Positions 42,460-53,734 of a DNA stretch of 64,000 nucleotides are shown here, piece by piece. The DNA comes from Terriglobia bacterium. Its GTDB lineage: Bacteria > Acidobacteriota > Polarisedimenticolia > Polarisedimenticolales > JAIQFR01. How positions within the stretch are numbered: the first letter of the stretch is position 1; each line of letters begins with the position of its first letter. The notes below the pieces were generated by a model that saw only the letters and a list, made by a program, of their open reading frames with translations, ran no database searches and was not told the origin of the DNA. The DNA lies in contig CAVVHE010000004.1 in assembly GCA_963748015.1 (NCBI GenBank), positions 640,001 to 704,000 of the forward strand. Direction: 5' to 3'. Made by a program: the position numbers and the translations under genes.

Positions 42460-42796
42460 ATTTCTCGGGGGCGACGCCCGCCGAGAGCCAGGCGAGGTAC
42501 TCGGGATCGCCGTCCTCGATCCCGATCAGGACCGCTTCCGGCAGCTCGTACGAGTGCAGCTCGCGGATCGCCCGTTTCACTTCCGGGAAGAGCCGCGCCG
42601 ACGTCTTGATCAGCAGGAGGCGCTCCTCGTCCCGGCAGATCTTCCCCTTCCAGCGGTAATGGGAGACGACACCCGGCACGACGTTGACGCACGCCGCGAG
42701 GCGGCGCTCGACGAGGGCCGCGGCGATCCGCGACGCCTCGTCGTCCGAGCCCGCGGTGGTCAGCACGATCGCGAAGGGGGAGCCGGGTTCCGTCAT
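42458..42796 (-). CDS. cutA: Divalent-cation tolerance protein CutA
   Basis: LVERRLAACVNV, SHYRWKG, LLIKT, LHSYELPE. Confidence 0.92.
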   Translation of the reverse strand: MTEPGSPFAIVLTTAGSDDEASRIAAALVERRLAACVNVVPGVVSHYRWKGKICRDEERLLLIKTSARLFPEVKRAIRELHSYELPEAVLIGIEDGDPEYLAWLSAGVAPEK

Positions 42797-42894
42797 CGCG
42801 GGGACCTCCTCCGCGGGACACTACTACGCCGGGAAGGCGGCGGGCAATCGGACCCCACGTCGCGGCGAGGGGGAAGGCCCCGCTATCTCCTTGA

Positions 42895-44328
<1,434 letters not shown>

Positions 44329-44356
44329 AGGCCGGGCGGGAGGGGCGGTCGCCTCG

Positions 44357-44884
44357 ATGGGCAAGCTCCTGCATTTCAGGAGGAAGAAGGGGGAGCCGTG
44401 GCTTCGCGGCGCGGCGAGCGACGCGCGCCCCGACGCGTTCTTCCCTTCGGACGCCCGCCCCGCCGAGGAGCCGCCGCCCGGCAAGGCCCCGGACCCCGAC
44501 CGCGAGCGCCGCCGCCGCCTCTACCGAAGCACGATCGCCCTGTTCCTCGGGACGATCTTCATCGCCGGCTCAGGCGCCGCCCTGATCGGCAACCACGGCT
44601 ATCTCGGCCTGCGCAGGAGCCGCCAGGAGCTGGCGCTGCTCCGGGTGAAGGTGGACAAGAAATACGCGGAAGTGGCCGAGCTGAAGAAGGAAGTGGACCG
44701 CCTGAAGAGCGACCCGCGCGCCGTGGAGCGGATCGCCCGCGAGCACCTGGGTTTCACGAAGCCGGGCGAGGTGACCTTCCTGCTTCCCTTGGAAGGCGAC
44801 CGCGCCCCCGGCGACAAACTCAGCTTCCCGCCCCCCGCGCTGCGCAGCACGCAGAAGGGGCCCGTGGTGACGCCCAAGGACTAG
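44357..44884 (+). CDS. ftsB: Septum formation initiator (FtsB/DivIC family)
   Basis: TM, coiled coil, VERIAREHLGFTKPGE; follows eno. Confidence 0.82.
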   Translation: MGKLLHFRRKKGEPWLRGAASDARPDAFFPSDARPAEEPPPGKAPDPDRERRRRLYRSTIALFLGTIFIAGSGAALIGNHGYLGLRRSRQELALLRVKVDKKYAEVAELKKEVDRLKSDPRAVERIAREHLGFTKPGEVTFLLPLEGDRAPGDKLSFPPPALRSTQKGPVVTPKD

Positions 44885-44903
44885 GCGGGGCAGGGGATGG
44901 CAC

Positions 44904-44931
44904 TTGCCCTGTCCCGGCCCTCTGATATACT
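44904..44931 (+). promoter_or_regulatory. Putative tRNA promoter
   Basis: TTGCCC-N16-TATACT with an extended TGn element. Confidence 0.55.
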
Positions 44932-44955
44932 CTGCCTCTGTCCGAGCACACTTGA

Positions 44956-46829
<1,874 letters not shown>

Positions 46830-47350
46830 GCTGTGGCGGGGAATCTCCGCATCTCCAGCTCGAGTCGCGCCTCCCACGGGTGGCTGGCACCTAGCCCGCC
46901 CATCGCGACCCACCCTTCTTGCCTCTGTCGTGGGCCACGAGATGTCTGGTCGAACTGGGGGGCAGACCACCATCCGCGAGACCTCTTTCATCGCTTTGAA
47001 TAATTGCAGTTTGTAACGAATCTAGGCTCTCTGCGATTCTGCGCAGCTCGCGGCATGGCTTTTGGCGGATCTCGCTCCTGCGCCTGGTTCGGATTGCCCC
47101 GACAACCGGACCGGAAGACTCCAAGAAACGACTTGACAGCGAGAGCACTCCTGCGCGCTAATAGCGCCAAGGGTCGGGCCGCAAGGCAAGAGACGGGTGA
47201 GTTCGCGATGACCGCGTACAAGACAACCTGCGGGGCCACTCGTCTCCGACGACGGTGAACCGGTCCGCAAGGCGAAGCCGTGCGAAGTTCTCTGCGAGTG
47301 GCCGCAGCCAGATCGGGAAGAGTCATCCAAGGAAGAAAGGACGGCCTGTA

Positions 47351-50300
47351 ATGACCACCAAAAGTACGCACAACGGCCTGCTCGTCTCAGTATTTCTTGC
47401 CATCCTGCTCGCAGCCGGCTCCTCGATCATTTCATCGACTCCGGCAATGGGCGCAACAATCGTCTATTCTCAGGGTTTTGAAACGACCAATGGCTCCTAC
47501 ACGCACTCTGGCTCAAATGACCAGTGGCAGTGGGGAACACCAACATCCGGCCCAGGATCAGCTCATCAAGGGAGCAAATGCTGGGCTACGAACCTCGTCG
47601 GAAATGTCCCGATGGGCAGCAATTCCTATCTTACGTCTCCTGCCATTCCAATACCTGCCTTAGGCCCCAACGAGATTGCTCGCGTCCGTTTCTTTGGCTG
47701 GATTCAAATCGACGAGATGTTCGACAGAGGCGAGTTCCAGGTCTCCTCGAACAACGTCGACTGGCAGACAATAGCCGAGTTCTTCTATCTCATGCAAGGA
47801 GAATGGACAGAGTACTACTTTGACGTCTCGAACTACGCAGGAGGTAACCTCTATCTCCGATTCAGGCTATATGCCGATTATCAGGATGCTTTCTGGATTG
47901 AGAAAGGCGGGCCTCCTCCCTACTCGAGTGTCAACATGGCCGGGTGGTACATAGACGACATCGCCGTCGTAGTATCAGAGACGCCAGCGACTCAGGTTAC
48001 ACTGACGCTGGAGGCCTTCGAAAACCAGTACGAGCTGGCCTCATGCCCGTGGATCTACACATGGGATGGCGAGACTTATGTGAAGGATAACGACGTCTAC
48101 TCCACGGCGCGGGGGAGCGACAAAGAATACACTGACTACTATGCGCTAACCAAGCCGCTCGTTGCGACAAGTGGCCAGTACAGACTGCAGTTGAGAGAGA
48201 CGAATGACGAATCGTCGTTCACCGACTTGATGAAACTGATAATGATAGACCATGGTCCGGATGTTGCGGTAGGCGTCGACGATAACGGTAACATATGGAC
48301 GTACCGCATTCCGGGTCAGCCCGTCAGCGCTTTGGATGACCGAGGCAGTGATGTTCTAAACCCGATATCTGCCAAGGACGGCATAGGAATCCATGCCTAC
48401 GACGGGGACTACGTCATTCTGGACTTCAGCAACCTGGACACCAGCTACGGCGCGACACTGGTCCTGAGCGCTCAGGGCTTTCAACAGGATAGTGCCGGAG
48501 CTGGGAATCCAATTCCCCATACACCAGGAATCCAGATTCAGACGATGGGGGGCGACGGTAACTGGGTGACGAGGAACAAGTTCTACCCTCGCATGGAGTT
48601 GTCCACGAGTGCGTATGATCTTCGACCGTACCTAGGGAACGGCCCAAGAATGGTCAGACTCTTCGTTACATCATGTCTCGAGGGCAAGTACCATCTTATT
48701 GACTATGTAGGTCTGGATACATCGCCACAGGCGCCGACGACGATCTCCGTGCTATCTCCGATTGCAGCCGTCCATTCAGCCACCGGCGACGTGCTGAATA
48801 GCGTGGAGTCCTCTGACGGCACCTATGCGTTCATGTCGCCGCTAGAGAGCATCGATGTTGCGTTTGACGCTCCCGAGAGTGCAGGTGGCGTAAGAGACTT
48901 CGTCGTCGTGTCGGAAGGGTACTACGTGCCGACTGGGACGTTCTTCATCTACACCTGGGACGGAACCGGGTGGGCCCAGAGAGATGCATGGTCACAACAG
49001 GGACCAAGCGATGCGACGAAGTACTTCGATCTGAGTCCGTGGCTGCCGGACCCGGAAGGTGAGTACAAGGTGCGAATCTGGCAGGATTATTGGTACAACG
49101 ATGCCAGAATCGACTTTGTGGGACTCGTTCAGGGAGGTCTGACAGGAACACTGAGTGAGGCCGTGGATTTGCGAAATAGCGCCTGCCGCGAAGTCGTGGG
49201 ATGTGTACCGTTTGCATCGGCTGTCGTGAGATCGAGCATTAGCGCATCGGACAATACGTACATGCTCTATGCGCAGGAACCTCCTCAGAACTACTACACT
49301 GGTCCAAGCGGGTATATCCAGCGCGACCGGTGGTTGGAGGTCAAATGGACCGGATTGACAGCGAACCGTCCTCCGACGACGAATCCGGTGATGATTGCGA
49401 ATGAAGCAAGTGCGACTCCTACGATTGGTTGGACCTATAACGACGCTGACGGCGATCCGCAGGTCCAGTACGAAGTCGAAGTGTGGACGGGGTCCGGGGG
49501 AACCGGAACGAATGTGTGGGACCCGGCGGTTGGAGCGGGTACGGGAACCGCTACTGTGTATGGCGGCAGCGCATTGATTCCCGGGCAGACGTACTATGCT
49601 CGGGTCAAGGCATACGATGGGACGAGCTGGGGTGGGTGGTCTGAAGCGTATTGGGTCTTCGCCTTGGTGCCTTGCCCGGATGCCGACAACGACGGCTATG
49701 CGTTGTGTGACGCCACGTGCGTGTTGACCGCGGGAATCGCCTGCGGAGACTGCAACGACGGCGACCCTGCGGTGAATCCCGGCGCACTGGAGATGTGCGG
49801 CAACGGGATCGACGACAACTGCAATAGCGAGATCGACGAGCCAGGATGCGTACCATGGCTGGTCACACTCGTCTCCTTTGCCGCTACGGCCGGCGACGGA
49901 CAAGTGACGTTGCGGTGGGAGACGGCCGCCGAAGTCGACAACGAAGGATTCAACCTCTACCGTCGGACGGGCGCGACGGCGTATCAGAAAGTCAATACCG
50001 CCCTGATCCCGGCGCAGGGGAGCTCGGTCACTGGAGCGGTGTACGAGTACGTTGATTTCGGCCTAGTGGGTGGGACGACGTACGAGTATCTGCTGGAGGA
50101 CGTGGACTCGTCGGGCAAGACGACGCTGCACGGGCCCGTCCAGGTGACGCTCGACGCTACGTTGCCCGCCATCCGGCTGGTGGCTCCCGCGACGAACGCG
50201 CAGGTCGCGCTGAGAGGACGAATCACCTTCACGTGGGATGCGGCGGGGCCTGGGACGGAGACGGTGCTGGTCTCCACGGATCCTGGCTTCCCGGCCGGCG

Positions 50301-50524
50301 CCACGCTCGTGCTGCCGGCACGACCCGGTCAGCGTTCCTTGGCGGTGCCCGCGATCCGGATTGTCGGCCTCACGGGACGGCTAACGTCGCCGAGAATAGT
50401 CTATTGGCAGGTGGTACAGGAGCCGAAGATCGGCGCGCAGCTGCTCAAGAGCGCGGTGGGTCAGTTCATCGCGGCGCCTGCGGAAGGGGGAGGCAAGCCG
50501 GGGGCGAAACGCGGGAAGAACTAG
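47351..50524 (+). CDS. Large secreted multidomain protein (cargo 1): adhesin-like beta-sandwich, SCPWIYTWDG domain, Ig-like domain, DCND...GIDDNC motif, and shared C-terminal PxLVTLxSF module
   Basis: Signal peptide after ATG 47351; WQWGTPTSGP; DCNDGDPAVNPGALEMCGNGIDDNC; C-terminal ~220 aa paralogous to the 51251 protein. Confidence 0.85.
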   Translation: MTTKSTHNGLLVSVFLAILLAAGSSIISSTPAMGATIVYSQGFETTNGSYTHSGSNDQWQWGTPTSGPGSAHQGSKCWATNLVGNVPMGSNSYLTSPAIPIPALGPNEIARVRFFGWIQIDEMFDRGEFQVSSNNVDWQTIAEFFYLMQGEWTEYYFDVSNYAGGNLYLRFRLYADYQDAFWIEKGGPPPYSSVNMAGWYIDDIAVVVSETPATQVTLTLEAFENQYELASCPWIYTWDGETYVKDNDVYSTARGSDKEYTDYYALTKPLVATSGQYRLQLRETNDESSFTDLMKLIMIDHGPDVAVGVDDNGNIWTYRIPGQPVSALDDRGSDVLNPISAKDGIGIHAYDGDYVILDFSNLDTSYGATLVLSAQGFQQDSAGAGNPIPHTPGIQIQTMGGDGNWVTRNKFYPRMELSTSAYDLRPYLGNGPRMVRLFVTSCLEGKYHLIDYVGLDTSPQAPTTISVLSPIAAVHSATGDVLNSVESSDGTYAFMSPLESIDVAFDAPESAGGVRDFVVVSEGYYVPTGTFFIYTWDGTGWAQRDAWSQQGPSDATKYFDLSPWLPDPEGEYKVRIWQDYWYNDARIDFVGLVQGGLTGTLSEAVDLRNSACREVVGCVPFASAVVRSSISASDNTYMLYAQEPPQNYYTGPSGYIQRDRWLEVKWTGLTANRPPTTNPVMIANEASATPTIGWTYNDADGDPQVQYEVEVWTGSGGTGTNVWDPAVGAGTGTATVYGGSALIPGQTYYARVKAYDGTSWGGWSEAYWVFALVPCPDADNDGYALCDATCVLTAGIACGDCNDGDPAVNPGALEMCGNGIDDNCNSEIDEPGCVPWLVTLVSFAATAGDGQVTLRWETAAEVDNEGFNLYRRTGATAYQKVNTALIPAQGSSVTGAVYEYVDFGLVGGTTYEYLLEDVDSSGKTTLHGPVQVTLDATLPAIRLVAPATNAQVALRGRITFTWDAAGPGTETVLVSTDPGFPAGATLVLPARPGQRSLAVPAIRIVGLTGRLTSPRIVYWQVVQEPKIGAQLLKSAVGQFIAAPAEGGGKPGAKRGKN

Positions 50525-50561
50525 ACGTGTCGCACGACTCAGCAAGGAGGTCAGGAACGGC

Positions 50562-50696
50562 ATGAAGCTCAACAACAAGAAGGAGTACACGAAGCCCGAA
50601 ATCGTGACGATGACCGGCGCAGAAGTTCTCGGGGCGCTCGGGCCGGCGCAGGCTGTGGTTTCCGGCGTCGCCGGCGACGGGATCAACAACCCGTAG
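50562..50696 (+). CDS. Small peptide 1 (44 aa), RiPP-precursor-like: MKLNNKKEYTKPEIVTMTGAEVLGALGPAQAVVSGVAGDGINNP
   Basis: Below the ORF-track cutoff; AAGGAGG RBS at 50544-50550; paralog at 53495 conserves amino acids through synonymous changes. Confidence 0.85.
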   Translation: MKLNNKKEYTKPEIVTMTGAEVLGALGPAQAVVSGVAGDGINNP

Positions 50697-50723
50697 CATC
50701 GTTCCGCGTTATTCGGACTGTGG

Positions 50724-50759
50724 GCCTGGCGGGAGACGCGCGGTGGTCTCCCGCCGGGC
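50724..50759 (+). terminator. GC-rich hairpin after peptide 1 (stabiliser or terminator)
   Basis: GCCTGGCGGGAGAC / GTCTCCCGCCGGGC stem; no clear U-tract. Confidence 0.55.
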
Positions 50760-50840
50760 GTGCATGTGTATTCGCTGGAGACAGCTCGGCGCCTCCGCGG
50801 GGGCTCAGGGGTCGACGTTGTCCTCCAAGGATGATGATCG

Positions 50841-51050
50841 TCACAGGGCTCTTGGCGGTAGGCATGTCCGCGTCCCGTCGGTTTTGCGATTGACGACCTG
50901 CCGGCTGTACTTCAGCACGACGTAGGGGGCCGGCCGCTGGCCCAGGCGAAAAGTTGTCTTCTCGCTGACGATCTCGTGTTCGTCGTCGAGCGGCGGATGC
51001 GGGAGCCGGATCTCCTCGACGGGCACAGACTCATCGAAGCGCAGGGGCTC
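50841..51050 (-). pseudogene. IS66-family transposase (TnpC) fragment
   Basis: LRFDESVPVEEIRLP...EKTTFRLGQRPAPYVVLKYSRQVV resembles an internal IS66 TnpC segment from recall; no intact ORF or IRs. Confidence 0.6.
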
Positions 51051-51250
51051 TTCGCCGGCCGGCTCGTCGACCCCTCAAAGCGGACACTTCACTTGCTCTC
51101 GGGAGCGGACAGATCATGTGCTCCCTACACTCTCGAACAAGGCGCTTGCGCCGGGGCTCGCTCAAGCGTATATGGACCTAAGCGTCGGCGGTAGGATGGC
51201 AACCTGAAGGGGATAATTCCCGGTATCTTTGTCTTCTAGGGGGTGCTCAG

Positions 51251-53470
51251 ATGAACAGCAAGACGACCCTGCTTGCCATGATGGTGGCGTGCGCGTTGCT
51301 GGCGGTCGCGACGGGCGCCGGCATGGTATGGGCCCAGGAGAAGCTCGTCGACCTGAACGGGGACGGCACCGCGGAGAGCAGCGTCAAGCTCGCGGTCTCG
51401 GGTAGCTTCCCGGTCAAGGTCACGAACACGGTCACCAACAGGGCCATCGGAGGGGTCTTCACCTTCAAGTGGCCGTCCGCGGGACCTGGGGGTTTCTCGA
51501 GCTCGGCCGGGTCCGCTCCCGACAAAGTCGGCTCCGCGGCCGGGGTTGGGGCCACCTGGACCTGGCAGACGAACAAGACGATTTATTCCTTCTCCGGCAC
51601 GACCTGCGCCAACGACATCTGCTTCACTCGCACCTACGGAACCGGACCCGCGTCCGCGGGACCGTTCCGAGTGCCGGGGCGAACGTTGACCGCCGGGAGC
51701 GTCACCGTCTCCAATGCCTCGCTGACGTCGAGCCTCATCAGCTTCTTTTCCCCGCCGCAGGAGCTGGTGAGGGTCACGAGCACGGTGGAGCAGCTGACGA
51801 CGGGCGAGTTCCGTTATACGACCCAGGTGGAGAACCTCAGCGCGGCACCGATCAATCTCGACACCGCCCCCGGGCCCCTCGGCTGCGGCTCCGAGTGTGG
51901 CGAGGGAGAGACGGAGTGCTTCTTCGAGTGTCCCTACGAGGTGTGCGTCGAGTGCGTCGACACCTACACCGATCCCTACAACTGCGGCGAATGCGGGAAT
52001 GCCTGCCCAGAGGGCTGGGGCTGCTACGCCCGCCAGTGCTATGAGCCTCCCAGCCTTGTCGCCGGCCCCGCTCCGCGCAGCCCGCGCCAGCTGTTGCCCT
52101 GCACCTATCCGGGCATCCCCGGTGCGACGCTCCAGCTCGGAGAGGTTTACACCTCCTGCGAGGTGAGCCAGTGCGCCCCCGCGGAGGTGGCGAGCCAGCT
52201 CACCCTGTGTGGCGACGACCTCCCGACGGGACCGGAGTTCTGCGCGACCGGCAACGTGGCCGCCTCGCGGGGGACGATCAACGTATTCGCCCCTTCCAGC
52301 CCGTGCGTGCTCCCGGGAAGCGCGTTGCCCTCCCTGGTCGACATCGTGGTGCTCGCCGACAGCAACGGGGATGGCCTGATCCAGCCGGGCGAGACGGCGT
52401 CTCTCGCGGTGTCGCTTCGGAACGCGGGCACCGCGAACCTGACGGGAAGCCAGGTTCCGCCGATCATGCCGCTGACGGGTACGCTCACGAGCCCGCCGAT
52501 CGATCTCACCGACGACGGGATCGATAATCCCGAGTCCGTCTCCATCCTGGCCGACGCGTCGGCCTATCCCGATCTGGTCGGAACGGGACCGACGAGCACC
52601 GGCGCCACGTGCGCGTCCGGCGTGCCGGGGTCCCCGAACAGCGGGCAGAACGTCTCTCCGTTCATCGTGAGCATCCCCGCCGATCACTCGATCTCCGTCT
52701 CGAGGCCGTTCAATCTCCACCTGGTCGGCATGGCGGGCGGGTCGGCGTTCGCAGCGGATGTTCCCTTCAACCTCCTGATCAGTTCTCCCATCGGGCCCCC
52801 GCTCCTGGTCACCCTCAGGTCCTTCACCGCGACCCCCGGCGACGGCCAGGTGACGCTGCGGTGGGAGACCGCCGCCGAGATCGACAACGAGGGGTTCAAC
52901 CTCTATCGCCGGATGGGTACGGCAGCCTGGCAGAAGATCAACCCCGGCCTGATCCCGGCCCAGGGGGACCCGGTCACCGGGGCGAGCTACGAGTACGTCG
53001 ATCGTGGGCTCCCGAGCGGGACGACTTACGAGTACATGCTGGAAGACGTCGACACCTCGGGAAAGACCACGGAGCACGGGCCGGTGCAGGCGACGATCGC
53101 GGCGGTCGGGCCTGCCATCCAGCTGCTGGCTCCCCCCACGGACGCGCAAGTGGCGCTGAGGGGGTCGATCACGTTCCGTTGGGATGCCGCGGGCCCCGGC
53201 CGTGAGACCGTTCTGGTATCCGCGGATCCTGGGTTCCCGGCCGGCGCCACGCTCGCTGTTGCGGCCAGGCAGAATCAGCATTTCTTGGAAGTGCCTGCGG
53301 CCCGGATTCTGAAGCTCACGGGGCCTCTCGCATCGCCCAAGCCGGTGTACTGGCAGGTGGTCAGGAAGCAGACGAACACGATCCAGGAGCTCCGGAGCGC
53401 GGTGGGCCGGTTCATCGCGCGGGCGGACGGTCCGGGGACGAAGCCGGTGTCGCACCACGGCCGCCACTGA
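51251..53470 (+). CDS. Secreted Cys-rich protein (cargo 2) with the shared C-terminal PxLVTLxSF module
   Basis: Signal peptide ending VWA; CVDTYTDPYNCGECGNACPEGWGC motif; DSNGDGLIQPGET; C-terminus paralogous to cargo 1. Confidence 0.85.
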   Translation: MNSKTTLLAMMVACALLAVATGAGMVWAQEKLVDLNGDGTAESSVKLAVSGSFPVKVTNTVTNRAIGGVFTFKWPSAGPGGFSSSAGSAPDKVGSAAGVGATWTWQTNKTIYSFSGTTCANDICFTRTYGTGPASAGPFRVPGRTLTAGSVTVSNASLTSSLISFFSPPQELVRVTSTVEQLTTGEFRYTTQVENLSAAPINLDTAPGPLGCGSECGEGETECFFECPYEVCVECVDTYTDPYNCGECGNACPEGWGCYARQCYEPPSLVAGPAPRSPRQLLPCTYPGIPGATLQLGEVYTSCEVSQCAPAEVASQLTLCGDDLPTGPEFCATGNVAASRGTINVFAPSSPCVLPGSALPSLVDIVVLADSNGDGLIQPGETASLAVSLRNAGTANLTGSQVPPIMPLTGTLTSPPIDLTDDGIDNPESVSILADASAYPDLVGTGPTSTGATCASGVPGSPNSGQNVSPFIVSIPADHSISVSRPFNLHLVGMAGGSAFAADVPFNLLISSPIGPPLLVTLRSFTATPGDGQVTLRWETAAEIDNEGFNLYRRMGTAAWQKINPGLIPAQGDPVTGASYEYVDRGLPSGTTYEYMLEDVDTSGKTTEHGPVQATIAAVGPAIQLLAPPTDAQVALRGSITFRWDAAGPGRETVLVSADPGFPAGATLAVAARQNQHFLEVPAARILKLTGPLASPKPVYWQVVRKQTNTIQELRSAVGRFIARADGPGTKPVSHHGRH

Positions 53471-53494
53471 GCGGACGAGGAGGAGCAGAGCAGC

Positions 53495-53632
53495 ATGAGA
53501 CCCAGGGAGAAGAAGGAGTACTCGAAGCCCGAGGTCCGGACGATGTCGGCAGAAGACATCATGACGGCGCTCGGTCCGGCGCAGGCGGTCGTGTCCGGGG
53601 TGGTGCCCGGCGACGGGATCAACAACCCGTAG
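53495..53632 (+). CDS. Small peptide 2 (45 aa), RiPP-precursor-like: MRPREKKEYSKPEVRTMSAEDIMTALGPAQAVVSGVVPGDGINNP
   Basis: Below the ORF-track cutoff; GAGGAGGAG RBS; paralog of 50562-50696. Confidence 0.85.
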   Translation: MRPREKKEYSKPEVRTMSAEDIMTALGPAQAVVSGVVPGDGINNP

Positions 53633-53664
53633 GGTCGTTTCGGACGCGGCGGGCAAACGAACGG

Positions 53665-53690
53665 GCGGGAGGGGAGCCGTCCCCTTCCGC
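53665..53690 (+). terminator. GC-rich hairpin after peptide 2
   Basis: GCGGGAGGGGA-GCCG-TCCCCTTCCGC, at about the same distance from the stop as the hairpin after peptide 1. Confidence 0.5.
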
Positions 53691-53734
53691 GGAGTTGTCG
53701 GTGCGCGAGTCGCGCCAACAGTGGAGAGTGCCAC

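Noticed and set aside
52510..52532. DDGIDNP in cargo 2 resembling the peptide tail GDGINNP
   Set aside because: Short match with no exact counterpart in cargo 1 (only NGIDDN); likely coincidence.
50562..53632. Calling the peptides canonical lasso precursors
   Set aside because: No Thr at -2, very short tail after the Asp, and no lasso cyclase, B protease or RRE in the window; kept only as RiPP-like.
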